From contig CM120640.1 in assembly GCA_051362555.1 (NCBI GenBank), forward strand, positions 13,392,001 to 13,456,000: a stretch of 64,000 nt of DNA, in the 5' to 3' direction. Under the pieces are notes generated by a model that saw nothing but the letters and a program-made list of their open reading frames with translations, was not told the origin of the DNA and ran no database searches. Below are positions 27,385-39,700 of the stretch, in pieces (the first letter of the stretch is position 1; every line of letters starts with the position of its first letter). Position numbers and translations under genes: made by a program. Source of the stretch: Lingula anatina (taxonomy: Eukaryota; Animalia; Brachiopoda).

Positions 27385-27582
27385 CATGATTAATTTTTTC
27401 GCCTGATGAAGGGGGTATTGCAAAGGTTAACACGGAAAGTGTAGAAACAAGACAACAAGGAACAATGACATTCATCATGTAATAAAGACTCCGTCTCCTA
27501 ATGTGACAGGTGTAGGTATTGTCAATGTATGGTTGAGTGGGACAACAGTCGTAAAAGTGCACATTTCTTTGCCCGGGCATTC
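27385..27582 (-). CDS. CHRNA7-like: Gene B alternative exon 6a (loop C, M1, M1-M2 linker; divergent variant)
   Basis: 198 nt, attttcag| ... G|gtaggt, phase 1->1, open frame. MPGQRNVHFYDCCPTQPYIDNTYTCHIRRRSLYYMMNVIVPCCLVSTLSVLTFAIPPSSGEKINH. Confidence 0.88.
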
Positions 27583-28472
27583 CTGAAAATGGTAAACATA
27601 AACTAGTGATACGGTCATAAAGAATACTTACTGTGCCCTATTTTCACTTTGAAATTTCACAAGAAACCATTCATTTTGTCCAACCAATACTTCCTTGCGC
27701 CTTCAAAATATAGGCAAACACACCAAATGATGTTCTCTATATTAAATCCTCTTGGGTACAGCACATACATTACATGTACATGTACATGTACGTTGACTAT
27801 TGCTCAAAACGGACAGCAAAAACGAATGTATGCATGTTGTTACGTAAGCACAGTGACAGGAATCAAAAGATATTTGTAAGAATAAAGGAAAAACAAGACA
27901 ACTTTCACTCAAGAAACAAACACTGACAAAATGCACAAATGAAAGACAAATTCACGACATGCACAAAAAATATTTTCTGTGATGTCTCAACTCCCTATAT
28001 AAACTTTCCTATTGAAAAGAATTTAACATGCTATATTGTTGTTCCATGACATTTAACAAAAAATACCAATAATTGTACTAGAAATAAATAAAATATCCCT
28101 TGTGATAAAACCTCATCAACACATAACCCACTAAATGGTGAAAATGACCTGCCGAATTACGGTACGGTAAACATTTATTTAAAGTCTTCTCCATCCCAGT
28201 GTACCGCAAACTTTCATAGTCCCATTCACAACAAGAAAGAAGGCAACAAAGTATATCGATTGTTCGAGATTTGGCTAAACAAGATCGCTTTTATTGTATA
28301 ACCCCACTATCCTAATGATTTTAACAATTTTAACAATATAACAAATTGTTGCCTGTATTAAATGTTATGGCCTTAGGGATAAAAATATATATCAAACATT
28401 CAATAAGACCATCATCCTAAAAATTAAGATATGATGAGTATGTGTATGTATGTGTCTTAAAGTATATCTTAC

Positions 28473-28726
28473 CAATAAGGTTCCATTCCCCGTTGGGAAT
28501 AAACGATGATGTATCTCCTTCCGGTTTCTCCAATAAGAGATTTATTTGGGTTCCATCGTGTGTCCATGAACCAAATTTCATCTTACACAATTGGTCATCA
28601 AAAGGAAACCATGTGATGTCAATTTTGCACGTGCTTTTGAACATTCCAGGCGGGACCCACTGACATAAACCGTTACTGTAGATTACGACATTGGTAGGAA
28701 ACGTGCCGTCAAATTTTTCGTCCGCA
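28473..28726 (-). CDS. CHRNA7-like: Gene B exon 5 (loop E, Cys-loop, loop B, loop F)
   Basis: 254 nt, catttaag| ... G|gtaaga. ADEKFDGTFPTNVVIYSNGLCQWVPPGMFKSTCKIDITWFPFDDQLCKMKFGSWTHDG...GEWNLI. Confidence 0.95.
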
Positions 28727-28988
28727 CTTAAATGAAATGAACCAGAAAATTTAAAGATATAAGAAATGATTTAGTAATTTCTATTTAATAATACATACAT
28801 CGACATTTTCATAATCATGAATCACTGTTTGTTATTTGGTATGAAACTAGCGCTTCCCTATGGTTTTATCATTTCAGCAAACTGTATGCAGAAAGGGTTT
28901 TATATATAAACAATAAAAGTCAAAAAAATTAAATTCTCAATTTATTAGAATACTTGCGTTAACTGAGAAATACAACGACTTCATTTAC

Positions 28989-29098
28989 CTGTTGTACAAA
29001 AGAACGTCTGGTTTCCACAAGTATTTAGCTGGCAGTCTAATGGACGTTATCCCGCCATACTCTGATGAATTCCAGGTCAGCGTATAGTCATGCCAGTA
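28989..29098 (-). CDS. CHRNA7-like: Gene B exon 4 (loop A)
   Basis: 110 nt, ttttcag| ... AG|gtaaat. YWHDYTLTWNSSEYGGITSIRLPAKYLWKPDVLLYN(S). Confidence 0.95.
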
Positions 29099-29199
29099 CT
29101 GAAAATAAATAAAAAGGTATGTCTCCTCAACAAATGTTTACCTGACGCATTTAACCTTCATCCGACCATAACTAGGTTTAGACAAGAGTATTTAAAATA

Positions 29200-29714
29200 C
29201 AGGGGTTGGCAAAAGTATTGTACCATTTTGCTTAACGGTGAACAACAGCTAGATTTTTTTTTCAATTATAATTTTTAGAAAAATGGTTAAAGACCAGTGC
29301 TTTGCCCTTGTAAACGCATGTTATTATGTCACTACTTATGTTTTGGTAGGATAGTCACATGATGTCAATATGGCAACCATCCTTCTAAGCAAAGACTGAT
29401 AAAGGTTCAGTATTCTTTTAGGGTCTATGTTGGCCCAGGCCCTGGAGACACTTTGGGTTGGAGCGTTTCTGGTAAAGGGTTGGTACTTTGCAAAAGTTTT
29501 TTTTGGGGGTTTGCATCTTGTAATTGGGCAGGCCAATGTACCCTGTTGATGCCATGCTGGTAATGTCACTCTTGTACAGCCCTGGCCCTGTGGTGTAGCG
29601 GTATCATCTTGGGTACTCCAGGAGTACACCGCGAGTCACTTTTCAAGGACGGGTTCCCCATGTCACATAGCGCACTATTCACACAGATGGTGCAATACTT
29701 TTTGTCACCCCCTG
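29200..29714 (-). mobile_element. Internally deleted, decayed Tc1/mariner DNA transposon in gene B intron 3
   Basis: TA flanks at 29198-29199 and 29715-29716. TIRs caggggttggcaaaagtattgtaccat / atggtgcaatactttttgtcaccccctg. Frameshifted transposase C-terminal relics: QDD.A, HRARAVQE*..GINRVHWPAQLQDANP, AWANIDPKRILNLYQSLLRRMVAILTSCDYPTK. Confidence 0.85.
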
Positions 29715-30816
29715 TAGTAGTTCTAATGCATTTATAATAGACAAATAGTCCATCTTTCTGGAAGTCCAACTTTTGAACCATAAAAAACATTGAGAAAATA
29801 CCTATTCCCAAGAGGCCCAACACAATTTATCTCCTGGTCGATATTTCCGCCCTTAAATACCCAGCCATATTCATATATATGTGCTTCTTAGCATGTATAT
29901 AAATTTGAAAAAGATACCTTTTTATTTCAGTTTTTAGTATGTGATTACATGGAAGTTACAGGAAAAATCAGAAAACCCAGGTAGATGGAAACATTGATAA
30001 AACCAGTGGCAAACATTTGATTCAAAAGGTGGCCTTAAGAAACCAATAGGATATCCCTTGAGAGCGGAATGAAGATTTGACATATTGCGACTATTTTTTC
30101 CATAATGTTTCATAAAAAGGCCACTGACTACTACTCATCAATCAATTAATATGATTATCATGAGGATGTTTCCAAACAGGTCAGGCTACTACCCTCACTT
30201 CAGTTTATGTGTAAATGTCAAGATAATTATCTTACATGGGGTCAATTTAATATCATGATTCAAAATATTGCACGGAATTTCGGGACAAAAAGTTGCAGGA
30301 TGGACGTTTTACAGGTAGCTCCTGTGTATATAAAGAGTTAACGAAACATCGAACTTTTCATCGAACCACGATGACAAATCTATCTCCAATGTATATCGAA
30401 AAACGTGACTAGCCATTATCTGAAAACATTTCCGCTATGATAACCTAATAATAACTGTCATGCAAATATAATGAAGATGAATAGATACAATGAACATCAT
30501 TCTTCACGTGTAACTGAAAAAACTGAAACCACTAATGAGAGTTTAGGAGTCCGGTAACTGCATGATTAATTACTACAGTACCTTATACTTCAATTGCAAC
30601 CATTTAACATATTATAGATCTGTAAATGACCTGATAACTGGTGATCTTTCAGTCGCAAACAATCTAACAAACAACAGAGCAATAGAATTAGCGAACTGAA
30701 ATGTCCATTATTTACGTTATCTCACTTCAAGTAAGGTTATAACAGTAAATTTGGCAATATGTTTCTGGAACGTTAAGTTTCAATGAAAAATACAAAATAA
30801 CCGACCTTCGACTTAC

Positions 30817-30861
30817 CAGGTTCAACCAAATGTTGGTGTTGATAACTTGATTCTTTTCATC
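30817..30861 (-). CDS. CHRNA7-like: Gene B exon 3 (loop D)
   Basis: 45 nt, cacatag| ... |gtaagt. DEKNQVINTNIWLNL. Confidence 0.95.
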
Positions 30862-31643
30862 CTATGTGATAAAAAATAAAATACGATGATAGAAAGTGCA
30901 AAGTTTATTCACAGTACAGTGATTATCTAAATTTAGATATGCTTCTTAGAAATGATCTATTTGTCGCATCAAACAGTGTAATTAAGCAAAGAATAAATTA
31001 GCAAAACAAGGCAATTTCACACGCTAGCAAAAAAGAATTCCCACATATTCCCCATGTACTCTAATCCTTTGAAACTGCGTCAAATTCACAGAATCCAGTT
31101 CAATATTCGTATGATGAATGAAACCATTAATGCACCCAAACATTCCGGACTAGATTATAATTTATCAGGCTTGTCTGATGTTTGTCAAAATAAAATCACA
31201 AATTATAGTAAATGTCCCTTGTGAGACATCAGTAATGAGTAATAATCAGATCTCTCCCACTACAGGGCAAATAATGAATGCGGTTGCAGTTGCGCTGCGT
31301 GAAATAACAATGGTTATTTTTCCAGAGTGCCCGATGAGCTTAGGCTGACAATAAAGTAAGCAGCAGTTTTTGGCAGGGAGATCTGATCAATTTTCTTATC
31401 ATTTTAGCCTTAACCGCTAAATGTAACTAAATGAATTCAACAGGCTCAGAAAAGTAAAGACCGGCTTTTGTAATTAAGTTATATAAATGGTTGCTGACTT
31501 TTTGCCCTCTGTCTCAAACCAATGTTCTGTAATGTTGCCAAGATTTTGGAACGCTGTGATGGAGCAATTTAATAAATAAGTGCTTTGAAGAAATCATTTT
31601 GATTAAATGAAAAGCTTTTGTTTATTCACGTGGTATAATTACA

Positions 31644-31982
31644 CCTCGTTAACATCGAACTTGAGATGCTTGGAGGACGTTTGGCCTACTCTCACCAACA
31701 GACTCAGGGAATCGCCCTGGGGTTGCAAGGTGGGATTTAAGTAATCATGATAGTCTTCCATGGCGTCTCTTTTGGTCTCAATCACACTTCATTGGCATCG
31801 TTCGCCAAGAGATATGCGAGTTTATGGAACTGGGCCCATTGTCCATCGCAAATGGTCTCTCAGGTTTCTTGTCGCTCTCCATCTGGTTTCAAAGTGAACA
31901 GGTGGCAAAGGCCAAGAGCGCTTTTAAAATTTCATGGTCGCCGTTATCGTGGTGAGAGGGTCGTAGCCCGGTGTAAACGAGG
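31644..31982. mobile_element. Possible MITE in gene B intron 2
   Basis: Short imperfect TIRs cctcgttaacat / gtgtaaacgagg bound a GC-richer interior. No clear TSD. Confidence 0.35.
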
Positions 31983-32113
31983 CAATAGTTTATTTACTAT
32001 ATAAAATCATCCTGGTCCAAACAAAATTACATGCAAACTGAAAGTGTCACTTGATATCTTTACAACAGTTAATGTGTATGTAATGTAGGAATGAATGCTA
32101 AACCAATACTCAC

Positions 32114-32259
32114 CACGTCTATTATTTGCTGTAATGTTAATCCAAATGTCACTTCTAAGGCTTCACTTTCATTTTTCACTGGTCTTTCAAGAAGGTTATA
32201 TGACCTATTTTTAAATATTTCGTCCAAAAGACGTCTTTGGTGATACCCTTGTTCCGTGC
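32114..32259 (-). CDS. CHRNA7-like: Gene B exon 2
   Basis: 146 nt, attccag| ... |gtgagt. (G)TEQGYHQRRLLDEIFKNRSYNLLERPVKNESEALEVTFGLTLQQIIDV (alpha7-type ERPV.N.S..L...LQQIIDV). Confidence 0.95.
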
Positions 32260-34386
32260 CTGGAATATATCAGAAAAGAGAAGCTTGTAAACAGAAATAT
32301 ATGGGGTGCATTAAATGCAAACACAAAGAAAAAGATGACACAGAATTATACAATATGTGTCAATTAATTTTTAGTATATAGGCAGATTTAAAATTAATTC
32401 GCCTCTCCACTTTACCTTGGTGGGAAATCCACAGGCTATTCTTATAGGCGGTAAATCATCGAGTTTTTTCTTACAATTAGGGCGTATAACAACATTTTAT
32501 TGTGATTAAATTGTTTTTTTGCATTTTCAATAAATTGGTATTTGATATTTTCAATTAAAATACGAATGTAATGGAAAATATGTTTCAATGATGCGTTAGA
32601 CATCAGTCGATGGCAGTGTCCGAATAATCAAATCGTCAGGGAAACAAAACATGGCTAGCACACTACTGAAACTGATCCAATTTGATGTCTGACATCGATC
32701 TACTAGGAGTCCCTGGAATTATAGCAGCAAGAACGAAAAATAGGCATTAGTACTGCCAGCTTTAGGCTTTAATCTATCACCCGTTCCATGCTTATACCTT
32801 ATACTAATGATCACTTATAGGACGGTATGATCACATAAGAAAATCTTCTTATCTTTTTTAACGATCATCAAAAGACACCTATTTTACCCATCAAAGCTAA
32901 AAGGCAAGCACGACGGCACCGATTCAACATTTGAAAGAAAAATGGTAATAGGTATTTAGCACATCAGTCAGACTTCTCTCCCTTCCTTAGGTAATGTGTA
33001 TCGACGTGTGTTTCTTTTTAATCATATCCGCTTTTTACAAATTAATATAATGAAATAGCTCTTTACTCAATGCGCAACATATCTTCAATATTTCTAACAA
33101 ACAAAATTGGCTGCGCATTCATTGTAAAGCGTATGTCACTAAACAATTTATCGAAGACTTGGGTTCATTAAACGAACAAAACGGATGACATTTGATACAG
33201 AAAGCGCGAGCGTTCAGCTTTAAAAAGTCAAAGAGCAACATTCATAAAGGTACTTGCACGCATTTTAATGACCATTTAGATGGAAATGGTTTTCAAAAAA
33301 ATGCGATTGCATGCACCTCCAAATGATCGTAGTTGATTTTATTTTTCAGTCTATATTTCCTAATATAAGATAATGCCGGTGGGTGTAATGGCGATAGGCA
33401 CCCTTAAGAAAATAAAGCATCGCAATTGTATTGCATGTCCCATATAATCAATTGTCCTACCACACTTCCTTTGCCTTTCTGAGTTACTGTTCTATTTAGT
33501 ATAAAAACTCCTGGAGACGAGAGACGCAAGAACCATAATGGTTCTATTCATAATCGATCTTTGTATAAACAGCTATGTGTTTGTACTCTTTTGTCACAGT
33601 TTCTTCCGCTTTTACTTTCTTTTGTAGATCCTACAGTTTTTCGATTTTACAAAATTTCATTCATTTCTACCATGTGCAAAACTGCACTAATGTATTTTTC
33701 TTCTAAACAATCACCTGAAAGCACTCTTTAATAGTTGCAGTCTACAATAGTCGCAATGTAACTTAATCGCCTTCGTTATTCGTGCTTGAGTTAATTTGTC
33801 AAGTGCTTGTTATTGAATTAGCTTTTAAGCCACAAATGTGTGGAGCTCGATATCGGGCTGGGTTTGTGAGAAGATGTCACTTTTCGCAACTTTAAATCGC
33901 ATTTGAAAAAGTCAGCGAACCACATTTGTAAATACGCTTTTTGAAAACAATTTTCGGAAATATTTAGGTGCAATTCCGCTGCCTACATGAGTATAAAATG
34001 AACTAATCATGAGAAGCAAATGCGCGTCTTTGGTACACCATGATACCGAGTAATTGCTTCAATATTCGGTCATTCATTTACGAAATCACATGACAATAAC
34101 TTATTTTGCGATTTTATGTTGGTTGTTATACTGAGCACGTAAAAATAATTAAGCCGTCTAACCGTGAAACAACATTAATTTACATAACAATTCACTGAGT
34201 CTGTTGCTATAAGAGTCGTTTCAGATTAAAAAAACAGATGTTTTTTTATATAATAGTTTGTCAACATTATGCACCATTGTGTGTCTTTTACTAATTAGCC
34301 ATTTAATTTTTAAGGATGTGAGATCAAACCCACACTTCAACGCGTACATGTATTTTAACGCCTGAGATGCTTTCATCTACACTCAC

Positions 34387-34462
34387 CTGGCGGAAAACAG
34401 CAAAAAATTATGAGGAATGGTAGGAATATCGTACACAAGCAGTTCTTCTTAAGCATCTCCAT
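34387..34462 (-). CDS. CHRNA7-like: Gene B coding exon 1 (signal peptide)
   Basis: MEMLKKNCLCTIFLPFLIIFCCFPP(G), CCAG|gtgagt in phase 1. A strong acceptor (ctttttcttttcag|) at 34583 suggests an upstream non-coding exon. Confidence 0.8.
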
Positions 34463-36663
34463 CCCATCAGATACTCTCCCATTGATTAATTCCTGACACT
34501 GTCTGATGGGCAATATCACCACGAAAATCCCTGGCACCTTGACCCTATCTTGAAATCAATGCTCGGTATTATCTACCAGCAGCTGAAAAGAAAAAGCGCA
34601 ATAACCACGTGACGGATGATTGAAAACAATGCAAGATCCCTGTTAGCACATACACTGTCGGGGGGCAAAGATTTTTCATTGATTCACGCTTAGGAGATCA
34701 ACGCTGGTAATTCCACGCATGCGTCCTAGAACATACAGGCGCTGTGCCGCTGTGTTACCTGTTTATAAACGTTTTTCAGAACGCCTCCCCTTAAAAACTT
34801 TCCTTTCAGAAATTGGTATCGATGTGGTTTTATGTCGTGGTAAAATCAAAATAATCTTAATCTGCAGCGGTGAAGACAGATATCACTGTTTTATCGAAAC
34901 AATCTGATTAAGAATGGTTGACGCTTCATAGAACCATGGTGAAAGCCAAATGTGTGCATTTTGAAACTCTTTGATACTTTATTGTAATTAATATCGCCCT
35001 ATACCTTTATTTTGAATTTACAGAGAACGCTGGCTGACGTATTAGAAATATGTTGTCTTTAGTGTTCTCTTTGATAACAGAAAAAAATGTTTTTAGATCT
35101 GAATGAAAGTCTTTGCACAAACACTGGCGCCCGATTTGAGGATTGGTTTAAATGAAATACCTAGACAGATAGCCGGCGAATAATTTCTAAATGATAAAAC
35201 GATAGGTATTATGATTGACACGCTGGTTAAGGCAATTGGAAATTATAGCTATCAGTCTCAAAGTCTCATATAACTGAGGTGAAATGCCTTTTTTAAAATA
35301 CATCTTAATGTTGTAGAGAAAAAAACAAAACGCTAAGCATATTTTTTCATTTATCAAGTTATAGCGCTAAATAAAAAAAGTCAGCCTACCAAAATAAGTC
35401 CAGTACAGTGGCAGATATAGTTGAATTGAAATTTTAACACAAGAGCTCATGTTTTAAAGTTTTCTTTTAATAAAAGAAACGTCATTTTTATTAAATGAAT
35501 GGTACATTTGTTGATAACTCTTTAATTCCCACACGAGAGCACTATGAATTATAGTCTAATAGTCTATAAAGAGCAGGATAAGACCCATAATAAATGTAAC
35601 AGGATAGAACCGATCAAAGATTAGAAAGTGCGGTTAACAACAAGAAAAATCAATTTTAACATCCAAAGGTACTTTATCCTTCTGGTTAATTCACACGGAA
35701 GAAATATTTCACAAGCATGAATATCAAATTAGCACTTTAGTGAAAAAAGTAGCCTCATGCCTTAAGAACCATCTCCAGAAAATGTTCAAAAGGTACGCTT
35801 CGGTTCTTTCTTCCTCCTACGCATGCATACATTAAGCACTACAAGATTACCAGAAGAAAAGGGATCATAGTTTCCAGTTGCTTTAGGATTTCCGTGGTAC
35901 CTTATGATCTCTCATAGACTGTATGATAATCGATAACTGCGTTTACGCCCCGCATAATCCCAGATCTCCGCCATGATTCACACCATTAGGGAATCTCAGG
36001 GTCCCACGTATGTCAATATGGATTTGTATTCTTAGGCTTTGATTAATAGAGAAAGTTCTACCGCTTGTGATAACGCATTTACGTGATTCAACTCACTCTT
36101 TGGGCTTATCGGTGCTATCCCATGTGTAAGCTTTTAATTTTTTTCCCTCCGCATTTTAGTAATGAACAGTAATTCGCTTAGCTTACTACAACGGGTTTGG
36201 TGTCAAGGGGCTATTTCATAAAAGGAATAGCACTGTTTGCTCTCGTAAGTAATCAGGATATTCGAGAACCAAGACCTCTACTTATTATTGTTGTTTTTAC
36301 CCACTTAACTTTGAAACATGTGCTTATTCATGTAAGTAGATATTTGAAGTGATAAAGATACAATATATTTAATATGCCATATATAGGCCGCTAACCGGTG
36401 ACTCCAACTTCGTGATCATGTTGATACCCCAAATGTTGTTTTTACTATTTAGGTAAAAATGTGAAAATGCTGAACCGACAATGACAGTATACTATAGGTG
36501 TTTTTAATGCTGATGCTCTGTTTCATAGTTGACAGTGCCAGAATTATCTCTGCCCTTTACTTTTCACTGCCCTTATGAGGCACTTGTCTTACATTGTATG
36601 AAAAAGGGTGTTCGTTAATTGTGTTCGCCGTAAAAGGTACCTCTCGGCAGTATTCAACATTTA

Positions 36664-36665
<2 letters not shown>

Positions 36666-36718
<53 letters not shown>
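36666..36718. repeat. (TA)n microsatellite
   Basis: ~50 nt of pure AT dinucleotide. Confidence 0.95.
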
Positions 36719-36720
<2 letters not shown>

Positions 36721-39700
36721 GGCACACCACTCTTCTCTTAAAAAAAAAAAAAAGAAACCAAAAAGTCATTCTATGCACATGATTCAACACTTCCTTTAAT
36801 TTGATGCAATTACCATGACAACTGCAAGAATAAATTTGCCTAGAAATCTACTGTATGGTCATGCAAGTGGCGTCGTATGTTTTTCTTTTTTTTTTCTGCA
36901 GGCACAGTAAATTAATTTCTTTATCTAATAAAACGTCAAAATTGCCGTGCGTTTGTTATTTAAGTGGCAGCTGGAATTCCCATGGTCACGAATTAAACCC
37001 GAGTGGTTGACCGGCGCACAGGACTGTTTAAAATTTAATCACCGTTTATCTTCTTTTAAAAACATATGAACTATCTGCGTTTTTAAACAGCATTTTGATG
37101 GCCAGGGGGGTTACATATGTTAAGACGATAATCGTGATCTTGTGCATTCCCACACGTGACAAACTATTTCCTTACATGTGACCCGCGCTTTTATCATTTC
37201 GTTCGTTCAAATACATTGATAATAAAAGCTATTGGCATAATCATATCAAGTGAAAACATTTACCTAATGAAATTAATTCACACATACTTTAGTTGATAGT
37301 TAAGTAGACACGCTGACACAACAACATTAATTCCACCAAGAACTATAGCACCTGCTAGTAAAGTTTTAATCGGCATTGGTGAAGATAATTGTAAAATTCT
37401 TCTTGCGACGGGCACTTTAGATCAAACTTTAAGCACGTGGGCATGCGTAGGTACTACTTTTGCAACTGAGAGATGATGGCATGCACAACAATCATAAAAA
37501 AATTACTTTCCAAACTGCCAAGACATAAGCGATCTTAACGTCAGAGGCTATTTGATAATATAGCCAAACGAAACCAGACCCCATTACGTGTCTGTCTCTG
37601 TCTTTTTTCAATTAGCCATTGTAGAATCACCGGAAGCCAGACTACTTAATGAATGGAATATCACCGTTGCTGATTTGGTCGTTAAGGGTTATCTATCCTT
37701 CCGTGCACAATCAGTGCGTTTACCTACGAGATTCCCATGTAATATGACCACAGCGGCCAGTGCACAGATATGAGTGGTGAAATGGTCATGAAATGGCCAT
37801 CGCTTCAGCTCGCTATCAGTACACTGTGAAATGACCTTCCCCTTATGCTAGCCCATAATTGGGTCATCAATTTAACAAAACGTTGGTTTACTGCCAACGC
37901 ATGTTGAAACAATGTAATTTAGTTTATTTCCCATATAAACAAGATTTGTTTATATCATGTTTCGGATAGTTCTCGGTATTATTACTGGCAGTGTCAAATT
38001 ATGCAAGATATCACAGAGTTCTGCATTCATGACCATGACAATATTTGCAGAGAGGATGTGAAAACATATCAAGTTTTAAGATGAACCAAAATCTGCTTCT
38101 TTCCTCGTCAGGAGATTATAGCCACAGGCGGTTTATTCTCCGACAAGAAATCTTCGTGGCCAATATCAATAACTCATTCTCGACTAAGTTATTTTTCTTG
38201 ATGCGCAGACATTCTTCAAATGTTAAGTAAATGCTATGGTATGGAGTAAATAGATTTGCAGCATTCATAACTTCGTTGTCCAGTGGCATCAGATATCCTA
38301 GAAAACTACCCATAAAACCACCAGAAGCGTTTTCTTGAAAACATTTTACCTAAACGCTAAGTACCGCGGTGTCATTAGTTGACGTGTAATTTGCGTCAAA
38401 GTCTGGTCACGTACACAAATACAGGAAGTTCAATCTGCTGTTTTAATTGATTAAGGAATTAACATTATTTTCTACATTACTATACAATATCACCTAGCTA
38501 TGATAAATTGCCTTTTCCAATGTGTACTTCTATCGTTAGCTCACTTTCCAAATCCCAGATCTGTAGATGATAATGCTACCGTTTGCTCTTCCTGCCTAAA
38601 AGTCTTATCGTTCATTTCGAGTGTTTGATTGTTGGTCTCAAATCGTATTAATTACAGCTGTGATGAAATTGGCTACAATGCCACGAGACCCGATATTCAA
38701 CATGTGCGATGTAATGCAGATATACAAGCTACAAAGTTCAATCACAAAATATTATTGAGATTCGACTATACGTTTTATGGGTCATAATTATGTGTGTACT
38801 TGAAAAGAAAAATGACATACATGCACTGAAATGAAGGGTAGTTGGCTTTGAAGTGCAGAATTATACACAAAATCCAAGATTATTATCAAGGCGTTGTTAT
38901 TGGGAAATGTAATACTGGAATATATTAAACCCAATTTACACTGAAAGGAGTCCTTTGTGCGGCCCTTTTGCTACCATGAAACTGGCCAGGTAACTGTTGG
39001 ACGCTAAAAGGGGTCTCAGTGATCGCTCAAATCTCGCACAGAACGTTCACGGGTCGCCGTGGATGCCAGGGTGGCCGCAAAGTTTTGAACAGGGCAATCG
39101 CACAAAGGATTCAGTGAAGGTTGGTCGCTGCAACGTCGCTCAAGGGAAACAGAAAGGAGGCACAATCACCGCTTTGGTTGCAGAACCAATGCTCAATTAT
39201 CGGCCAGTGTTCAGCACGTAAAATACTTTTTTTACTCTCAAACAAGTTTCTCGAGTGCCTCGAAGCGTATTTAAACTAATAGGGTGTAGATGGCAGTGGG
39301 TTAGGGGAATAACTCCGTATCCACTGCAGATAAAAGCACCAATATCAATGACACCAAGTTGCCGCTAGGGTCTTTATACGAGTTACAGTTACGATAGTCA
39401 TCATCTTTAAATATCATAGAAACTGGCTGCATTTCTAACCAGAGGGCGCGGATGATTAGGAATAAACTTGGCGGTTGAAGGCTGAATTAATCCAGGCGAA
39501 TGATAAGACCATGCCAGAGTGCTTCATGTCCCTCTCCATGCATGTAAACTGATGTCTGTTTCCATAGCACGAAATTTATGGATAGACAGCTATCCAATAT
39601 TATAAATAACACACAGGCTCATCAAAACTACTTTTAAAGTCCAAAATCGTTCTTAGTAATAATGCTATTAACCGTGTAAGCTAAGTTCCACAAAAATTCA

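Larger units (their letters stand above)
23618..34462 (-). other. CHRNA7-like: Gene B span: alpha7/Dalpha5-7-like nAChR alpha subunit, 9 coding exons plus one alternative exon, ~499 aa per isoform
   Basis: Exons 76+146+45+110+254+198+87+110+474 = 1500 nt, in frame. Cys-loop CKIDITWFPFDDQLC, loop C YDCC, GEK before M2, and MRELEMKERASKSLLVNVLDMDDD, which matches the insect Dalpha5-7 loop motif. Confidence 0.93.

Noticed and set aside
27386-27415. Exon 6a as an anion-selective (chloride) nAChR switch
   Set aside because: It retains G-E-K with no Pro insertion or Glu-1' loss, so the established anionic signature is missing.
30579-30640. WLQL-like peptide in gene B intron 3 as a possible alternative exon 3
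   Set aside because: In-frame stop just upstream and no matching 45-nt phase-0 boundaries.
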